Below are positions 25,691 through 35,253 of a stretch of DNA of 64,000 nucleotides, piece by piece; position 1 is the stretch's first letter, and the number at the start of each line of letters is the position of its first letter. The notes under the pieces were generated by a model. The model saw only the letters and a list, made by a program, of their open reading frames with translations. It made no database searches and was not told the DNA's origin. The position numbers and the translations under genes are program-made. Source of the stretch: a virus (lineage: Duplodnaviria > Caudoviricetes); the IMG/VR virus record IMGVR_UViG_3300044961_000667. One strand, written 5' to 3'.

Positions 25691-26560
25691 TCAGCCAGTC
25701 TGGTCGGCGCCAACTGACTGCGCCTCGCGATCCGAGCGAACGCGAACGAAGCGCGCTGACCTGGCGGACCCGCTCTTGAAGCGCTGGAACGCCATCACCT
25801 CGACCACGGTCTTGCCGTAGTTCTCCGGCTTCAACAGCGCCTCCGGAACACTGCAGATCAGGCACCGTCTGAAGTCGCGCTTCGTCTCATCCCAGAGCCC
25901 GAGAACGCCCGTCTTCTGTTTCAGCTTGGGAGTCAGCTCCTCGCCGATCAGCACGTAGTCGTACGTCGACTCGACCTTGCACTTGAACCACGCATCGATC
26001 TTCCCGCTCAGCCTGGTCGGCTCGGCCGAGGACGCCACCCGCTTGATGATCAGCCCTTCGCCACCGCTGGCCATCACCTCGTCGAAGTACGCCTTGAAGC
26101 CCGACCTGCGGAACGGCGTCAGCTCGACCCGCTGCTTGGCATCTGCCGACAGCTTCGAGTGCCACTCTTCGAGGATCTCACGGCGCTTGTCCCACGGCGA
26201 CCGAGCCACCGGCTCGCCCGCGGCCCGAAGGATGTCGTAGACATACAACTTGCGGTACCCACGCGCGACCACCGCTTCCGTGGCGGCCTGAGAGGCAGCC
26301 TCCAGCTCGCCGATCACCACCGTGCCCGGCGCCCAGAGCAGCAGCTTCTCGATGCCACCGGACCGCTCCCCGTCGATGATCCTCCCCTCCAAGGTGTCTC
26401 GACTCCGGAGAACGTTGCCCCACTCTCCGACCTCCAGCGAGGCGAACATGCCATCCCACTTCGGCTCGGCGATGTGCGCGCCGTCCTCAAACTGGGCCAG
26501 GTTGGCCGGCGAAACGCTCTCGCCGGCGCCCACGTAGAACTTGCTCCGCCGCACCGGCAT
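25691..26560 (-). CDS. Compact ATP-dependent DNA ligase
   Basis: EPKWDG (motif I), GELE, LYVYDIL, GEGLIIK, WFKCK, ARFVRVR.DR. Confidence 0.9.
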   Translation of the reverse strand: MPVRRSKFYVGAGESVSPANLAQFEDGAHIAEPKWDGMFASLEVGEWGNVLRSRDTLEGRIIDGERSGGIEKLLLWAPGTVVIGELEAASQAATEAVVARGYRKLYVYDILRAAGEPVARSPWDKRREILEEWHSKLSADAKQRVELTPFRRSGFKAYFDEVMASGGEGLIIKRVASSAEPTRLSGKIDAWFKCKVESTYDYVLIGEELTPKLKQKTGVLGLWDETKRDFRRCLICSVPEALLKPENYGKTVVEVMAFQRFKSGSARSARFVRVRSDREAQSVGADQTG

Positions 26561-27057
26561 CAGGAGCCCTCCTCTTCGTTGGTCGGCTTCTTCTTTCGGA
26601 GCACTGCCGCCAGTTTGCAGACGGCCTCCACCTCGTCGTCGGCAATGTCCTCCAGCTTGTCCTGGGCGAGGTTCTTCGCCAGTCGGCTGATCGACTCAAC
26701 CTCCGTCCTGTCGAACGACCGCAGGTGACAGGCCGGATCGTGGAAGCGAACCTCCTCGCCGGTCAGCGTCGACACACCACACAAGCCGCTGCAGCAGTCC
26801 AACCGCTCCACCTTCTGTACGTGCATCAGGTCGAACATCTTCGCCTTCAGGCGCTCACCGGCCTCCTGCATGCGCTCACGGTCCTTGGCGCGCTTCTCTG
26901 CGTTCTTCGCTCGCGACAACAGGCGGTAGACCTGCTCCCACACCTTGTCGGGGCTGCCACTGAGGAGGACATCCACCTCCTCAGAGCGGATCGGATCATT
27001 GGCGATGCGCTGCTCTCTGAACGACATGTCCGACTGCGAACGCTTCTGGGTCAACAT
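26560..27057 (-). CDS. Hypothetical protein
   Basis: RBS AAGGAG at MLTQKR. Confidence 0.7.
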   Translation of the reverse strand: MLTQKRSQSDMSFREQRIANDPIRSEEVDVLLSGSPDKVWEQVYRLLSRAKNAEKRAKDRERMQEAGERLKAKMFDLMHVQKVERLDCCSGLCGVSTLTGEEVRFHDPACHLRSFDRTEVESISRLAKNLAQDKLEDIADDEVEAVCKLAAVLRKKKPTNEEEGS

Positions 27058-27068
27058 GGTGTGCTCCT

Positions 27069-27347
27069 TCAGGCTTCGGGTGAGAGCAGGTCGAGGTACC
27101 TCGACAGCTCGGGCTTCACTTCCAGCAGGGCCGACAGGCCGAATCGCCTGATCTGCCCCTCCACGTCGGTCCGGCACTCCAGGAAGACGTCCGTCTTCCC
27201 GTCCCGGCCGACCAACCCCTCGATCTCCGCCACGGGACTGGCTCGCCACGTCATCGCCTCCGGCGGAGGAATGGCGGTCTGAACCTCTCTGGCGGCCACC
27301 AATGAGGCTGCCAAACCCTCTCTGACTGTCAGCTTGCGTGCGTCCAT
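27069..27347 (-). CDS. Hypothetical protein
   Basis: First gene after a promoter. Confidence 0.65.
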   Translation of the reverse strand: MDARKLTVREGLAASLVAAREVQTAIPPPEAMTWRASPVAEIEGLVGRDGKTDVFLECRTDVEGQIRRFGLSALLEVKPELSRYLDLLSPEA

Positions 27348-27403
27348 CCCTGCTCCTTCTGTCGCCCACTGGGCAACTGGTTGGGGTGTGAGTGATGGAA
27401 AGA

Positions 27404-27436
27404 AGCCTACCTCACGACGCTGCGTTCGTCAAGAGG
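27404..27436 (-). promoter_or_regulatory. CCTCTTGAC-family promoter
   Basis: TTGACG-17-TAGGCT. Confidence 0.8.
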
Positions 27437-27634
27437 ATGAACGCATTTCTCGACTTCAAGTCCCTGTATCTCCAGATCGTTTCCGAATTTTCTGGGGAAT
27501 TCCCACATGCAGCCCTCCGAGGGGAGGTGCTGGGGAGATGCGGGCGGGCTCGACACCACCCACCGCGGCAGGCCACCACCCATGGGACGGGCTGATCAAC
27601 GGCTTCTCACCACCCACGGCAGGGCCCTGGCGGG

Positions 27635-27907
27635 CTACGCCTGGGGCATCTCCTTGTCCACGCAGTAGAAGAGCACCATGGCGGTGTTGGCCTTCTCGAT
27701 GGGCGTGGAGGACGCTGGGAGGAGCCTCTCGCTGTGGTTGCAGGCCGGGCAGGAGGCGACGTCAGGCATGCCCTTCTTGGTGGCGATCTCCACCACAGCC
27801 GGGAAGTGGCACTTCCTGCACCAGTAGAGCCTGGCGAAGAATCTGATCAAGGTGGGGAAGCCTCGCCCGGCGGCTTTCTGGGCGACCGGGTGGGCGTCTT
27901 CATACAC
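27635..27907 (-). CDS. Zn-ribbon hypothetical protein
   Basis: CRKC..CPAC. Confidence 0.65.
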   Translation of the reverse strand: MYEDAHPVAQKAAGRGFPTLIRFFARLYWCRKCHFPAVVEIATKKGMPDVASCPACNHSERLLPASSTPIEKANTAMVLFYCVDKEMPQA

Positions 27908-27925
27908 CGCGCTGCGAGCCTGGAG

Positions 27926-28264
27926 TCAGGGGATCAGCGAAACGGGGACGGGCTCTCCGGCTCCGGCGAGCTTGGCCGTCACCACGTAGTCGTACCGATC
28001 GTTGACGGTGAGGCCCGACAGTCCGCCGAGCATCATCACGACCGAGATGATGGAGGCGTTGCGCAGCGGGTGCTTGAAGACGGGCAGCACGCCTGGGCCG
28101 GGCGTCTCCAGCCACACGTAGTCGCCGGGCCGGTTGAACCGAGACTCGGTCATCAGCTTGCCGTCCACGAAGACCAGGTGCCGCGGGTGGGTGCGCCCTT
28201 CCTTGGCCGGATCCATCGCCGACGCCACCAGCTCCGTCCACTTCTTCTCCCAGGCTTCGTTCAT
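27926..28264 (-). CDS. Hypothetical protein
   Basis: MNEAWEKK..; GC3-rich codons. Confidence 0.6.
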   Translation of the reverse strand: MNEAWEKKWTELVASAMDPAKEGRTHPRHLVFVDGKLMTESRFNRPGDYVWLETPGPGVLPVFKHPLRNASIISVVMMLGGLSGLTVNDRYDYVVTAKLAGAGEPVPVSLIP

Positions 28265-28302
28265 GGCCCAGGTGAAGCGCGGATGGCCATCTCTGGCAAG
28301 GG

Positions 28303-28596
28303 TTACGCGCCGAGGCGGACGGGAATCAGCTGCCGGGCGTCTTCGAGCAAGGTCCAGCTGACGCGAGGGCGCTCCGGATCCTCCCACCGCACCACGCAGC
28401 GCCCATCGAGGCCGACGCCGTCCGAAACGATCTCCCCGCGGAGCCCGGCTTCGTCCGGCTTGGGCCGCGAGTACTGAACTCGGACGCCCTTCGCGAGCGG
28501 GGTGGCGTCAGGGCCTGACACGTTCATCACGACGCGCTTCTCCTCTTCGGCAGGCTCACGGGTGAGCCGTTCTTGTCCCAGCTGTGACTCGATCAC
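28303..28596 (-). CDS. Hypothetical protein (start uncertain)
   Basis: Co-oriented ORF. Confidence 0.5.
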   Translation of the reverse strand: MIESQLGQERLTREPAEEEKRVVMNVSGPDATPLAKGVRVQYSRPKPDEAGLRGEIVSDGVGLDGRCVVRWEDPERPRVSWTLLEDARQLIPVRLGA

Positions 28597-28897
28597 CGAC
28601 GGTCTCCATCAGCTTGATCAGCTCTGCACGGTGGACTGCCCTGGCCTTCTCCAGAGCGGCCTGCGCAGCATCGCACCACTCCGGCTCCAACAGAGCAACG
28701 TCACGGTGCCGCACGAGGTTGCGGTACATCCGGAACAGGGTGCGCTCGGTGCGCTCCAGGTCGATGCGGTTCTCGCTGCCGACCTTCAGCTTGGTCGACA
28801 TGTCGCTGATGACCGACAGGATGAGCGTCAGCTCGAATGCGTCGGCCAACCTGGCAACGAGCGCTTCCTTCGCTGCCTCATCGACAGCCGGCATCAC
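28556..28897 (-). CDS. Hypothetical protein
   Basis: Coupled to the upstream stop. Confidence 0.65.
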   Translation of the reverse strand: MMPAVDEAAKEALVARLADAFELTLILSVISDMSTKLKVGSENRIDLERTERTLFRMYRNLVRHRDVALLEPEWCDAAQAALEKARAVHRAELIKLMETVGDRVTAGTRTAHP

Positions 28898-29121
28898 TTG
28901 TCCAGGGAGCCGTACTTGCGGTGGAGCAGCTGGTACAGCGCCCGGCCCTCGTCGTACGGGAGCGAGAGGCCAACGACTTCCTTCGACTTGATGCGACCGA
29001 AGCGGCCCACGGTGAGATTCACGCGGTCGGGGAGCACCTTCACGACGAGACGCTCCTCCTGCTTGGTGAGCGGGTGCTTCACCAGCACGTCCAGCTCCGT
29101 CTCGTTGTTCTTGACGATCAC
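28894..29121 (-). CDS. Hypothetical protein
   Basis: GTG start, RBS AAGGAG. Confidence 0.6.
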   Translation of the reverse strand: MIVKNNETELDVLVKHPLTKQEERLVVKVLPDRVNLTVGRFGRIKSKEVVGLSLPYDEGRALYQLLHRKYGSLDK

Positions 29122-29135
29122 CCGCGCTCCTTCAC

Positions 29136-29362
29136 TCAGTTGAACTCTGACTTCGACGGACGAGGATCTCGCCCGAGCTTCGTTGGCTTCAGCCGCACCG
29201 CCGAGCCGTCGATCTGCAGCAACGACATCCACTCCTTGCGGCAGTGCACGCACCGCATCGGCACCTCGCAAGTCCAACCAGGGGCCAGGAAAACGTACTC
29301 GAAGTCCATCTCACCGGCATCCCGTCGACAGAACGGGCAGATGATCCCGTGATGGACTTCAA
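29136..29362 (-). CDS. Zn-ribbon hypothetical protein (possible indel at 29346-29348)
   Basis: CPFC..CVHC; start codon out of frame by one base. Confidence 0.5.
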
Positions 29363-29616
29363 CGCGGGACTTCCCCTTCTTCCCCGTCGTCCTCTGTTGC
29401 TCGCTCGGCTTCGTCACCGCCGACTTCTTGGGGCCACGACTCTTCCCAGCGGCGCTGCGCTTCGCTGCGGTCAGCCGGCGGAACCCACCCTTCTGGAGCA
29501 ACACTCTTGAAGTCCTCCATCGCGTCCGACTGCTCGTCTTCGCCCACCAGCGCCGGATGCGTCAGCAGCAGATACGCGATCCGATCTGCGGCCTTCAACC
29601 GGTCGTCCTTCGTCAA
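29359..29616 (-). CDS. Hypothetical protein
   Basis: Co-oriented ORF. Confidence 0.6.
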   Translation of the reverse strand: MTKDDRLKAADRIAYLLLTHPALVGEDEQSDAMEDFKSVAPEGWVPPADRSEAQRRWEESWPQEVGGDEAERATEDDGEEGEVPR

Positions 29617-29658
29617 GCCTCATCCTCACAAATTCCGAATCGTTTCGCCTGTCAAGGT

Positions 29659-30318
29659 CTACCCAGCCAGCTCCTCTTGGGGAACCGCGCTCACATCCAC
29701 CACCGCTCCTTGGGCCTCACGCGCCGCTGCGCTGGCCAAAGCGTCCGCCCGCTCGTTGCCTGGCGTCCCAGCGTGCCCTCGAACCCACTCAAAGGCCACC
29801 TTCCTGACTCGCATCTCCTCGATGATCGCCTTGATCAGCTCGACGTTGGCCGCTGGCGCCCCGCCGGCGGTCTTCCAGTCGTTCTTCATCCAGCTCTTCC
29901 ACCACACGGTGAGCGCCTTGATGGCGTACTCGCTGTCGGTGAAGACGCGAACCTTCACCGAGGTCGGGCTCGCCTTCAACCCTTCCAGGATGGCCGTCAG
30001 CTCCATCTTGTTGTTCGTCGTCTGGGGGTTGTTCCCCGACATCTCGCGGATCTCCCCGCTCTGGGGCACCAGCACGACGCCCCATCCTCCAGGGCCGCCA
30101 GGGTTCACGAGGCACGATCCGTCGGTCCACACGTGAAGATCGTCGCCAGTCGGCCGCTGGATTTCACCAGCAGGCTTGGCCTCGACCTTCTCCGCGGTGG
30201 GAGCCGAGCCGTCGGCCGACACGAGTTTCATGCCCAGGCCGGCGGCGAGCGCCTCCGCCAGCTTGAGCCGATCCTTCTCGGGCAGGCCGAGGACCTTGAG
30301 CAGCAGATCCCCTTTCAC
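29659..30318 (-). CDS. rnhA: Ribonuclease HI with N-terminal extension
   Basis: WTDGSC..NPGGPGGWG, TTNNKMELTA, TDSEY, WVRGHAG..GNERADALA. Confidence 0.95.
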   Translation of the reverse strand: MKGDLLLKVLGLPEKDRLKLAEALAAGLGMKLVSADGSAPTAEKVEAKPAGEIQRPTGDDLHVWTDGSCLVNPGGPGGWGVVLVPQSGEIREMSGNNPQTTNNKMELTAILEGLKASPTSVKVRVFTDSEYAIKALTVWWKSWMKNDWKTAGGAPAANVELIKAIIEEMRVRKVAFEWVRGHAGTPGNERADALASAAAREAQGAVVDVSAVPQEELAG

Positions 30319-30320
30319 GG

Positions 30321-30587
30321 CTACAGCTGCACCTTGATGTGAGGCCCCGTCTGATCGAGCACCTCGTTGCCCTTGCGGTTCTGGATGTCGACCACGGTGT
30401 CGGCGAGGACGAACGACGTCTTCCTGCCGCACCCGGTGCACTCCAGGTAGAGCCGCTGAACCCCGCGACGAGGGCCAGGGCCGATGGCGACCCTGAAGGA
30501 GTAGTCGCGACCGCACCCTCCAGCCTTCTCAGGGCAGCGCAGGCTGGGGACCGACACGACGTTCGGCTGCTTCAACGCTTCAGGCAT
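30321..30587 (-). CDS. Zn-ribbon hypothetical protein
   Basis: C..GGCG and CTGCG. Confidence 0.65.
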   Translation of the reverse strand: MPEALKQPNVVSVPSLRCPEKAGGCGRDYSFRVAIGPGPRRGVQRLYLECTGCGRKTSFVLADTVVDIQNRKGNEVLDQTGPHIKVQL

Positions 30588-30637
30588 GCTGTTCTCCTTG
30601 CCTCGGGCTGAACATCTTTCCCGATCGCTGGCAACCG

Positions 30638-31234
30638 CTACCGCTTGGACTTCTTGCCGGTGGACGCTTCGAGCAGCGCCTTCACGGGCTCGGGCTTCTC
30701 GATGATGAGGCTCCAGCTCTCCTTCTTGAGCTTGCGGATCTCCTCGTTCGTCACCTTGCCCTTCTGCACGAGGAACTCCAGCTTCGCCGGGTTCTGCACG
30801 AGCGTCTTCACCTCGTCGAAGACCTCCTCGATCTTGATGTTCTTCGACCGGAGCAGATCCTTCAGCCCTTCGTCGTCGGGCTGGCTGGCCACGCTCTTCT
30901 GCAGCTTGAGCGGGATGCCGTACTCGGGCGTGTACGTCTTGTGCCCCTTCTCCTTGTCCTTCTCCTCGACCACGCCCTCCTTCTCGATGATCGCCTTCAG
31001 GCGCGGCTTGACGTCTTCGAGGCGCTTCTTCGCCACCTTCTCGATCGCGTCGAGCATGGCCGCGGCGTAGTGCGCCTCCTGCAGCGTCAGGTCGTCGACG
31101 GCCTTCGACATCAGGTCGTGCGTGGTGAGGTGCACGCCCTCGTCGATGATGGCTTTCGACAGACTCGATTCCGACTTGGATCCCGACATGTGCTTCTCCT
31201 TGTTGATGCTGCGGTGAACTGCGAACTCGATCAC
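30638..31234 (-). CDS. Hypothetical protein
   Basis: Long GC3-rich ORF. Confidence 0.8.
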   Translation of the reverse strand: MIEFAVHRSINKEKHMSGSKSESSLSKAIIDEGVHLTTHDLMSKAVDDLTLQEAHYAAAMLDAIEKVAKKRLEDVKPRLKAIIEKEGVVEEKDKEKGHKTYTPEYGIPLKLQKSVASQPDDEGLKDLLRSKNIKIEEVFDEVKTLVQNPAKLEFLVQKGKVTNEEIRKLKKESWSLIIEKPEPVKALLEASTGKKSKR

Positions 31235-31533
31235 CAGCCGTAACGCTGGTGCGTGAACGTCTCCTCGGCCAACGCCTGCTTCTGCTCGAAGGAGAGCTGA
31301 CGCCAGAGCTTCTCTTCGTCACGCGTCATCCCGCCGTTGGACTCGAACTGGTCGATCGACACCTCGACAACGTCGGCGCGGGGCATGATCGGCTCCTCCC
31401 CCATCTCCTGCATGTTCCGCAGGATGTCGCCGGCGATCGTCTGCCAGCAGCGGTTGAGCTTCTGCTTGAAGAGCGCCGACTGCGCCTGAGAGAGAACGAT
31501 CGGCTGGGACTTGGGCTTGATGCTTGCGACCAT
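31231..31533 (-). CDS. Hypothetical protein
   Basis: RBS AGGAGG; first gene after a promoter. Confidence 0.75.
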   Translation of the reverse strand: MVASIKPKSQPIVLSQAQSALFKQKLNRCWQTIAGDILRNMQEMGEEPIMPRADVVEVSIDQFESNGGMTRDEEKLWRQLSFEQKQALAEETFTHQRYGW

Positions 31534-31566
31534 GCGCTTCCTCCTGGGTGAGAGGTGATGGTCGAG

Positions 31567-31598
31567 AATCTACCTGAGACCCCTAGTTTGTCAAGAGG
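31567..31598 (-). promoter_or_regulatory. CCTCTTGAC-family promoter
   Basis: TTGACA-16-TAGATT. Confidence 0.8.
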
Positions 31599-31606
31599 AA
31601 AGAGCG

Positions 31607-32068
31607 TCAGACGCTTCCGTCATGAGGGACGTACGCGCACCGCACTTCGTTGATCGGCTGGTAGCCGAACGCGACTCTGCATCCACCGAGGCTACGAATC
31701 CCGAGGTGCCTGAAGTCCAGGGAGACGACCACCATGTTCGGCTTCATCATCTGGTTCTCGTAGAAGCGCTGGATCTCCTCCGAGGCAGCCCGGACGAGGT
31801 TCTTCAGCACCTCGTCGGCGCCCTCGGGTGGATCGTAGACAGTGTGCGAGAACTGGCTGTCCTTCATCGACTTCCAGTCCCAGTCGCTTCCGTCGATCGC
31901 CTCGACGAGTTCCGCCCCGCCGGTGAACAGGATCTTCCCGTTCCCCAACCCCATCGCGAAGATGGCGCTCTGCTCGCGTCTCGCACCCTCGGTCGTCAAC
32001 TGCACGACCTGACCAGGCGCCAGCACGATCTCCTGCGCTGGCGTCTTCGGCTTCTCCGCATCGCTCAC
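31607..32068 (-). CDS. Hypothetical protein
   Basis: GTGA-coupled start. Confidence 0.65.
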   Translation of the reverse strand: MSDAEKPKTPAQEIVLAPGQVVQLTTEGARREQSAIFAMGLGNGKILFTGGAELVEAIDGSDWDWKSMKDSQFSHTVYDPPEGADEVLKNLVRAASEEIQRFYENQMMKPNMVVVSLDFRHLGIRSLGGCRVAFGYQPINEVRCAYVPHDGSV

Positions 32069-32274
32069 GACTTCTTCTCTCCCTCCGGAGGACGCTCGTT
32101 GCGAATCTCTGCGTCCTTCATCCCGACGAAGTCGGAGACCTGGCTCATGGCCCGCTGGCGGCTGTGCGACTTCATCCACTCGTCGCGATGCGCCTTGCAC
32201 GATGGACCAAGCAACGGGTCGATCTCCGTCGCCACAACCTTGCACGCCGACACGATGCACTTCTGCTGAATCAT
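32065..32274 (-). CDS. Small Cys/His hypothetical protein
   Basis: MIQQKC..C..C.AH. Confidence 0.5.
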   Translation of the reverse strand: MIQQKCIVSACKVVATEIDPLLGPSCKAHRDEWMKSHSRQRAMSQVSDFVGMKDAEIRNERPPEGEKKS

Positions 32275-32321
32275 GCTCGCGATGAAGCCCGCGTTCGGGC
32301 CGCTGTCAACCAGCTCGCCTG

Positions 32322-32335
32322 TGCAATCGATTGCG
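32322..32335. repeat. TGCAATCGATTGCG palindromic site, copy 4 (probably intergenic)
   Basis: Exact match. Confidence 0.85.
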
Positions 32336-32342
32336 CGTGCGC

Positions 32343-32747
32343 TCAGCCCGCGACGCGAGCGATCCGCACGATGATCGACTCGGGCCACGCGCCGTACGAC
32401 TTCGGCGTCTTGGCCACCGGCTGCTCCAGGCCCTTCTGCACCATGAAGTCCGCCGCCTGCTGAACCGCGTCCGACGCCGCGGAGACGACTTCGAGGGCGT
32501 CATCCTGCCCGAGGTGCAGCGCCGACTTGGCGGCGAGATCCAGCTCCTTCAGCACCTTCATGGCCGACGCCTGGTCCCGCACCGGCAGCGCCGACTTCAC
32601 CTTCCGCGCGTCCACGGTGAGGCCGCCGTCCAGGAGAGCTTCGACGGCCTGGAGCGCCATCTTCTGCGCGTTCGCGTACGGGCCGGTCGCTTCCTTCAGC
32701 TCCGACTTCACGGACTCCAGCAGCGAGTTGATGCGCTTCAGGTTCAT
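32343..32747 (-). CDS. Hypothetical protein
   Basis: GC3-rich ORF. Confidence 0.7.
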   Translation of the reverse strand: MNLKRINSLLESVKSELKEATGPYANAQKMALQAVEALLDGGLTVDARKVKSALPVRDQASAMKVLKELDLAAKSALHLGQDDALEVVSAASDAVQQAADFMVQKGLEQPVAKTPKSYGAWPESIIVRIARVAG

Positions 32748-32756
32748 GGATCGACT

Positions 32757-32972
32757 CTACGCGGCGCGAGGCCGCAGAACAACCTTCGTTCCGTCAGCGA
32801 TCTTCTTGCAGAGCTTGCAGTTGATGTTGCTGACGCGCGCCGCAGCACCGACTGTCACCACGCGGTGCCCGCACAGAGTCTCATCCGAGCCGCGCTCCGC
32901 GGCATGGACACGGATCCCCGCGGCGTAGACCGCCACCAGATCCTTGGCTTTCTGCTCCGTTGTCTTCCCCAT
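32757..32972 (-). CDS. Hypothetical protein (start uncertain)
   Basis: H..TLCG..CKLC motif. Confidence 0.55.
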   Translation of the reverse strand: MGKTTEQKAKDLVAVYAAGIRVHAAERGSDETLCGHRVVTVGAAARVSNINCKLCKKIADGTKVVLRPRAA

Positions 32973-33029
32973 GGCCTTGCTGCCCCTAGCTTCGATTCCC
33001 GCCTCTGACAAGACGTCCATACCCATAGA

Positions 33030-33062
33030 GCTTGACGCCCTATGGGTCAATTTGTCAAGAGG
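33030..33062 (-). promoter_or_regulatory. CCTCTTGAC-family promoter inside an inverted-repeat region
   Basis: CCTCTTGACAAA; -10 unclear. Confidence 0.6.
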
Positions 33063-33079
33063 ACCACCGGAAAACCGGC

Positions 33080-33562
33080 TCAGAACAGCTTGGCCAAGGA
33101 CTCCAGCTCCTGGTGGAGCTTGGTGGCCGCCGCCTCCACCTTCGACTTGTGCAGGTGGTGCAGGTCCATCAGCGCCGCCTCGAACTTGTGGCGTGCCTCC
33201 GTCGCACGGCCCAGGCCCTCGGTCATCTTGGCCCGGTTCTCCTGCGTCGGCGGCAGCGCCCGCGCCGCGAGCATCGCCGTGTTGTGCAGCTCGCCCAGCT
33301 TGCCGAGCAGGTGCTTCGACTGGTGGAGGTTCACCTCCAGGGCCTGACTGATCACCTTCGCCTGGCGCTTCATGCCTTCGACGGCATCGCGGACATGGGC
33401 GGTGTCGCCGTTGGCGACGGCCGCCTCTTCCTCAGTGCGCATCTCCACGCGACGCATCGCTCGCTTCTGCTCGACCTTCCTCTTCCGCTCGGTCTCGCTG
33501 AAGCTCTCGGAGAGCGTCTTCCCGGCCTTGCCCAGCTTCTTCAGGTTCTCGTTCAGGTTCAT
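33080..33562 (-). CDS. Hypothetical coiled-coil protein
   Basis: RBS GAGGAG. Confidence 0.75.
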   Translation of the reverse strand: MNLNENLKKLGKAGKTLSESFSETERKRKVEQKRAMRRVEMRTEEEAAVANGDTAHVRDAVEGMKRQAKVISQALEVNLHQSKHLLGKLGELHNTAMLAARALPPTQENRAKMTEGLGRATEARHKFEAALMDLHHLHKSKVEAAATKLHQELESLAKLF

Positions 33563-33833
33563 CTCGCAGGCTCCTCTTGAGGCCGCCGGCTGTCCGGAAG
33601 CCGATGGTCTTCGTCATCTCCAGCTGCATCAACTCCCGCGTTTGCGGGTTCCGAATCTGCCTCGACTTCCGGCTCCTCACCGAGAACACCCCGAAGTCGG
33701 GCCAGGCTGCTCGACCATCCTTCCGAACTGCCGCCGCCAGTTCCTCGAAGAGGATGTCGGCGAACTCCTCGGCGTCCTTCTTCGTCAGCCGAGCGCGGGT
33801 CGCGAGGCGCTCGACGATCTCCTTCTTGGTCAT
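33432..33833 (-). CDS. hup: HU/IHF-family histone-like protein with extended C-terminus
   Basis: MTKKEIV..LTKKDAE..FGVF.VR.RK.R..RNPQT....F. Confidence 0.9.
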   Translation of the reverse strand: MTKKEIVERLATRARLTKKDAEEFADILFEELAAAVRKDGRAAWPDFGVFSVRSRKSRQIRNPQTRELMQLEMTKTIGFRTAGGLKRSLRDEPEREPEEAGQGREDALRELQRDRAEEEGRAEASDASRGDAH

Positions 33834-34411
33834 CCTTCCCGACCCGGAGCGAGATCGGCGCCCAGCTGGTGCGCGATGTTCAACACCAGCGCCTTGCCGC
33901 TCTGCGAGTGAGGCAGCCACCCCTCGTTGTACTGGCCATCGTCCCCCAGCCCCTCCTCGACCGGCACCGAGGGCTGCAACGACGTGTTGGCCGGCTGCCC
34001 CTGCCACGCGAACAGGCTGGCTGCTGGCGTGTACGCGTGGACGACGAAGCCTGACGACCCCTCGCCCGCGGTGGTCACCGCGACCATGTTGCCGTCGCCG
34101 GTCGTCACGGCCGGGACGCCACCCGACTCGCCCAACTTGAGAGCGGGGTACCGCGCCAGCACGTCAGCGATGATGTCGGCAGCCATCTTCGTGGCCACGG
34201 CTTCCGACTCGGTCGGCCCCAGCGGCTCACGCAGAGCGCCAAACTCCGGCTTGCGGTGGCCCAGGGCGGCAGAGCCGTTGTTGGTCTCGACCAGGGATCG
34301 CTTCACCGTCTCCAACAGCTCGTTCGTCCCGCGCAGGAAGCTCTTCGGCGGCCGACCCTTGAGCATCATCGCTGCGTCTTCGAGGGTCTCGTTCAGCTTG
34401 CGGATGTCCAT
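33830..34411 (-). CDS. Hypothetical protein
   Basis: MDIRKLNE.., RBS GGAAGG. Confidence 0.7.
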   Translation of the reverse strand: MDIRKLNETLEDAAMMLKGRPPKSFLRGTNELLETVKRSLVETNNGSAALGHRKPEFGALREPLGPTESEAVATKMAADIIADVLARYPALKLGESGGVPAVTTGDGNMVAVTTAGEGSSGFVVHAYTPAASLFAWQGQPANTSLQPSVPVEEGLGDDGQYNEGWLPHSQSGKALVLNIAHQLGADLAPGREG

Positions 34412-34569
34412 CGTGTTCCCTTCCTGGTCGGCGGTGCCTCGCGGAACTGTACCATACGCTCTGAGGCCAGAAGCCTTCCAGGATGTCAAGCCGTCGACGT
34501 TGCCAACACCGACACCTACCCGTACGCTGCCACACACTTTCAGCAGTACCACTCAAGGAGAACAGTCCG

Positions 34570-35241
34570 ATGGCCCGTCGCTTTCAGAAGAAGGTCCAGT
34601 CCGCGTACCTGATCGCCACCGACGGCGAGATCGCGGGCCCTGATGTTTCCATCGTCGTCGGCAGCAAGTGGGCCGGCTACGTCCCCGACCTCCTCACCGA
34701 GATCGAGCCCGACGACACGATCGCCGAGGAGTCCGAGAACGCCGCGGTCAATGGCCTGGGCGTCGAGGTCTTCACCCCCGCCGCGAAGCCGGCCATCACC
34801 GGCGAGTCGCTGGGCACCGGCAACGGCGTGCTGACGACCTTCACGGACACGGCCGCGTCCCTCCCCGTCAAGCGTGGCTCGGTGAAGGTGTACGTCAACG
34901 CCGTGCTCCGCGCGACCGACGACGGCAAGGGCGTCGTGTCGGGTTCCGGCGTCACGGGCACCATCAACTACGCCACCGGCGCCCTGTCGGTGACGTTCTC
35001 GGTCGCCCCGACCAACACGCACCCGCTCGTGTGGGACTACGAGGGCGTGTCGAAGCTCACCCTCTCGGGCACCCCGGTCACCACCGCGGCGGCGAAGCTC
35101 AAGGTGTACAAGAACGACGTCGCCATGGTCGAGGGCACCGGCGCCGGTCAGTACCGCGTGAGCGGTCCCAAGGAGATCACCCTCGGCACCGGCGCCAACG
35201 GCACCGACAAGTACCTGGTGGCGTACCTCACCGCGGCGTAA
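34570..35241 (+). CDS. Thr/Gly/Val-rich beta protein, putative virion decoration or structural protein
   Basis: RBS AAGGAG; very high GC3; GTINYATGALSVTF..AP segment; own terminator. Confidence 0.75.
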   Translation: MARRFQKKVQSAYLIATDGEIAGPDVSIVVGSKWAGYVPDLLTEIEPDDTIAEESENAAVNGLGVEVFTPAAKPAITGESLGTGNGVLTTFTDTAASLPVKRGSVKVYVNAVLRATDDGKGVVSGSGVTGTINYATGALSVTFSVAPTNTHPLVWDYEGVSKLTLSGTPVTTAAAKLKVYKNDVAMVEGTGAGQYRVSGPKEITLGTGANGTDKYLVAYLTAA

Positions 35242-35253
35242 CAGCCCGGCTGG

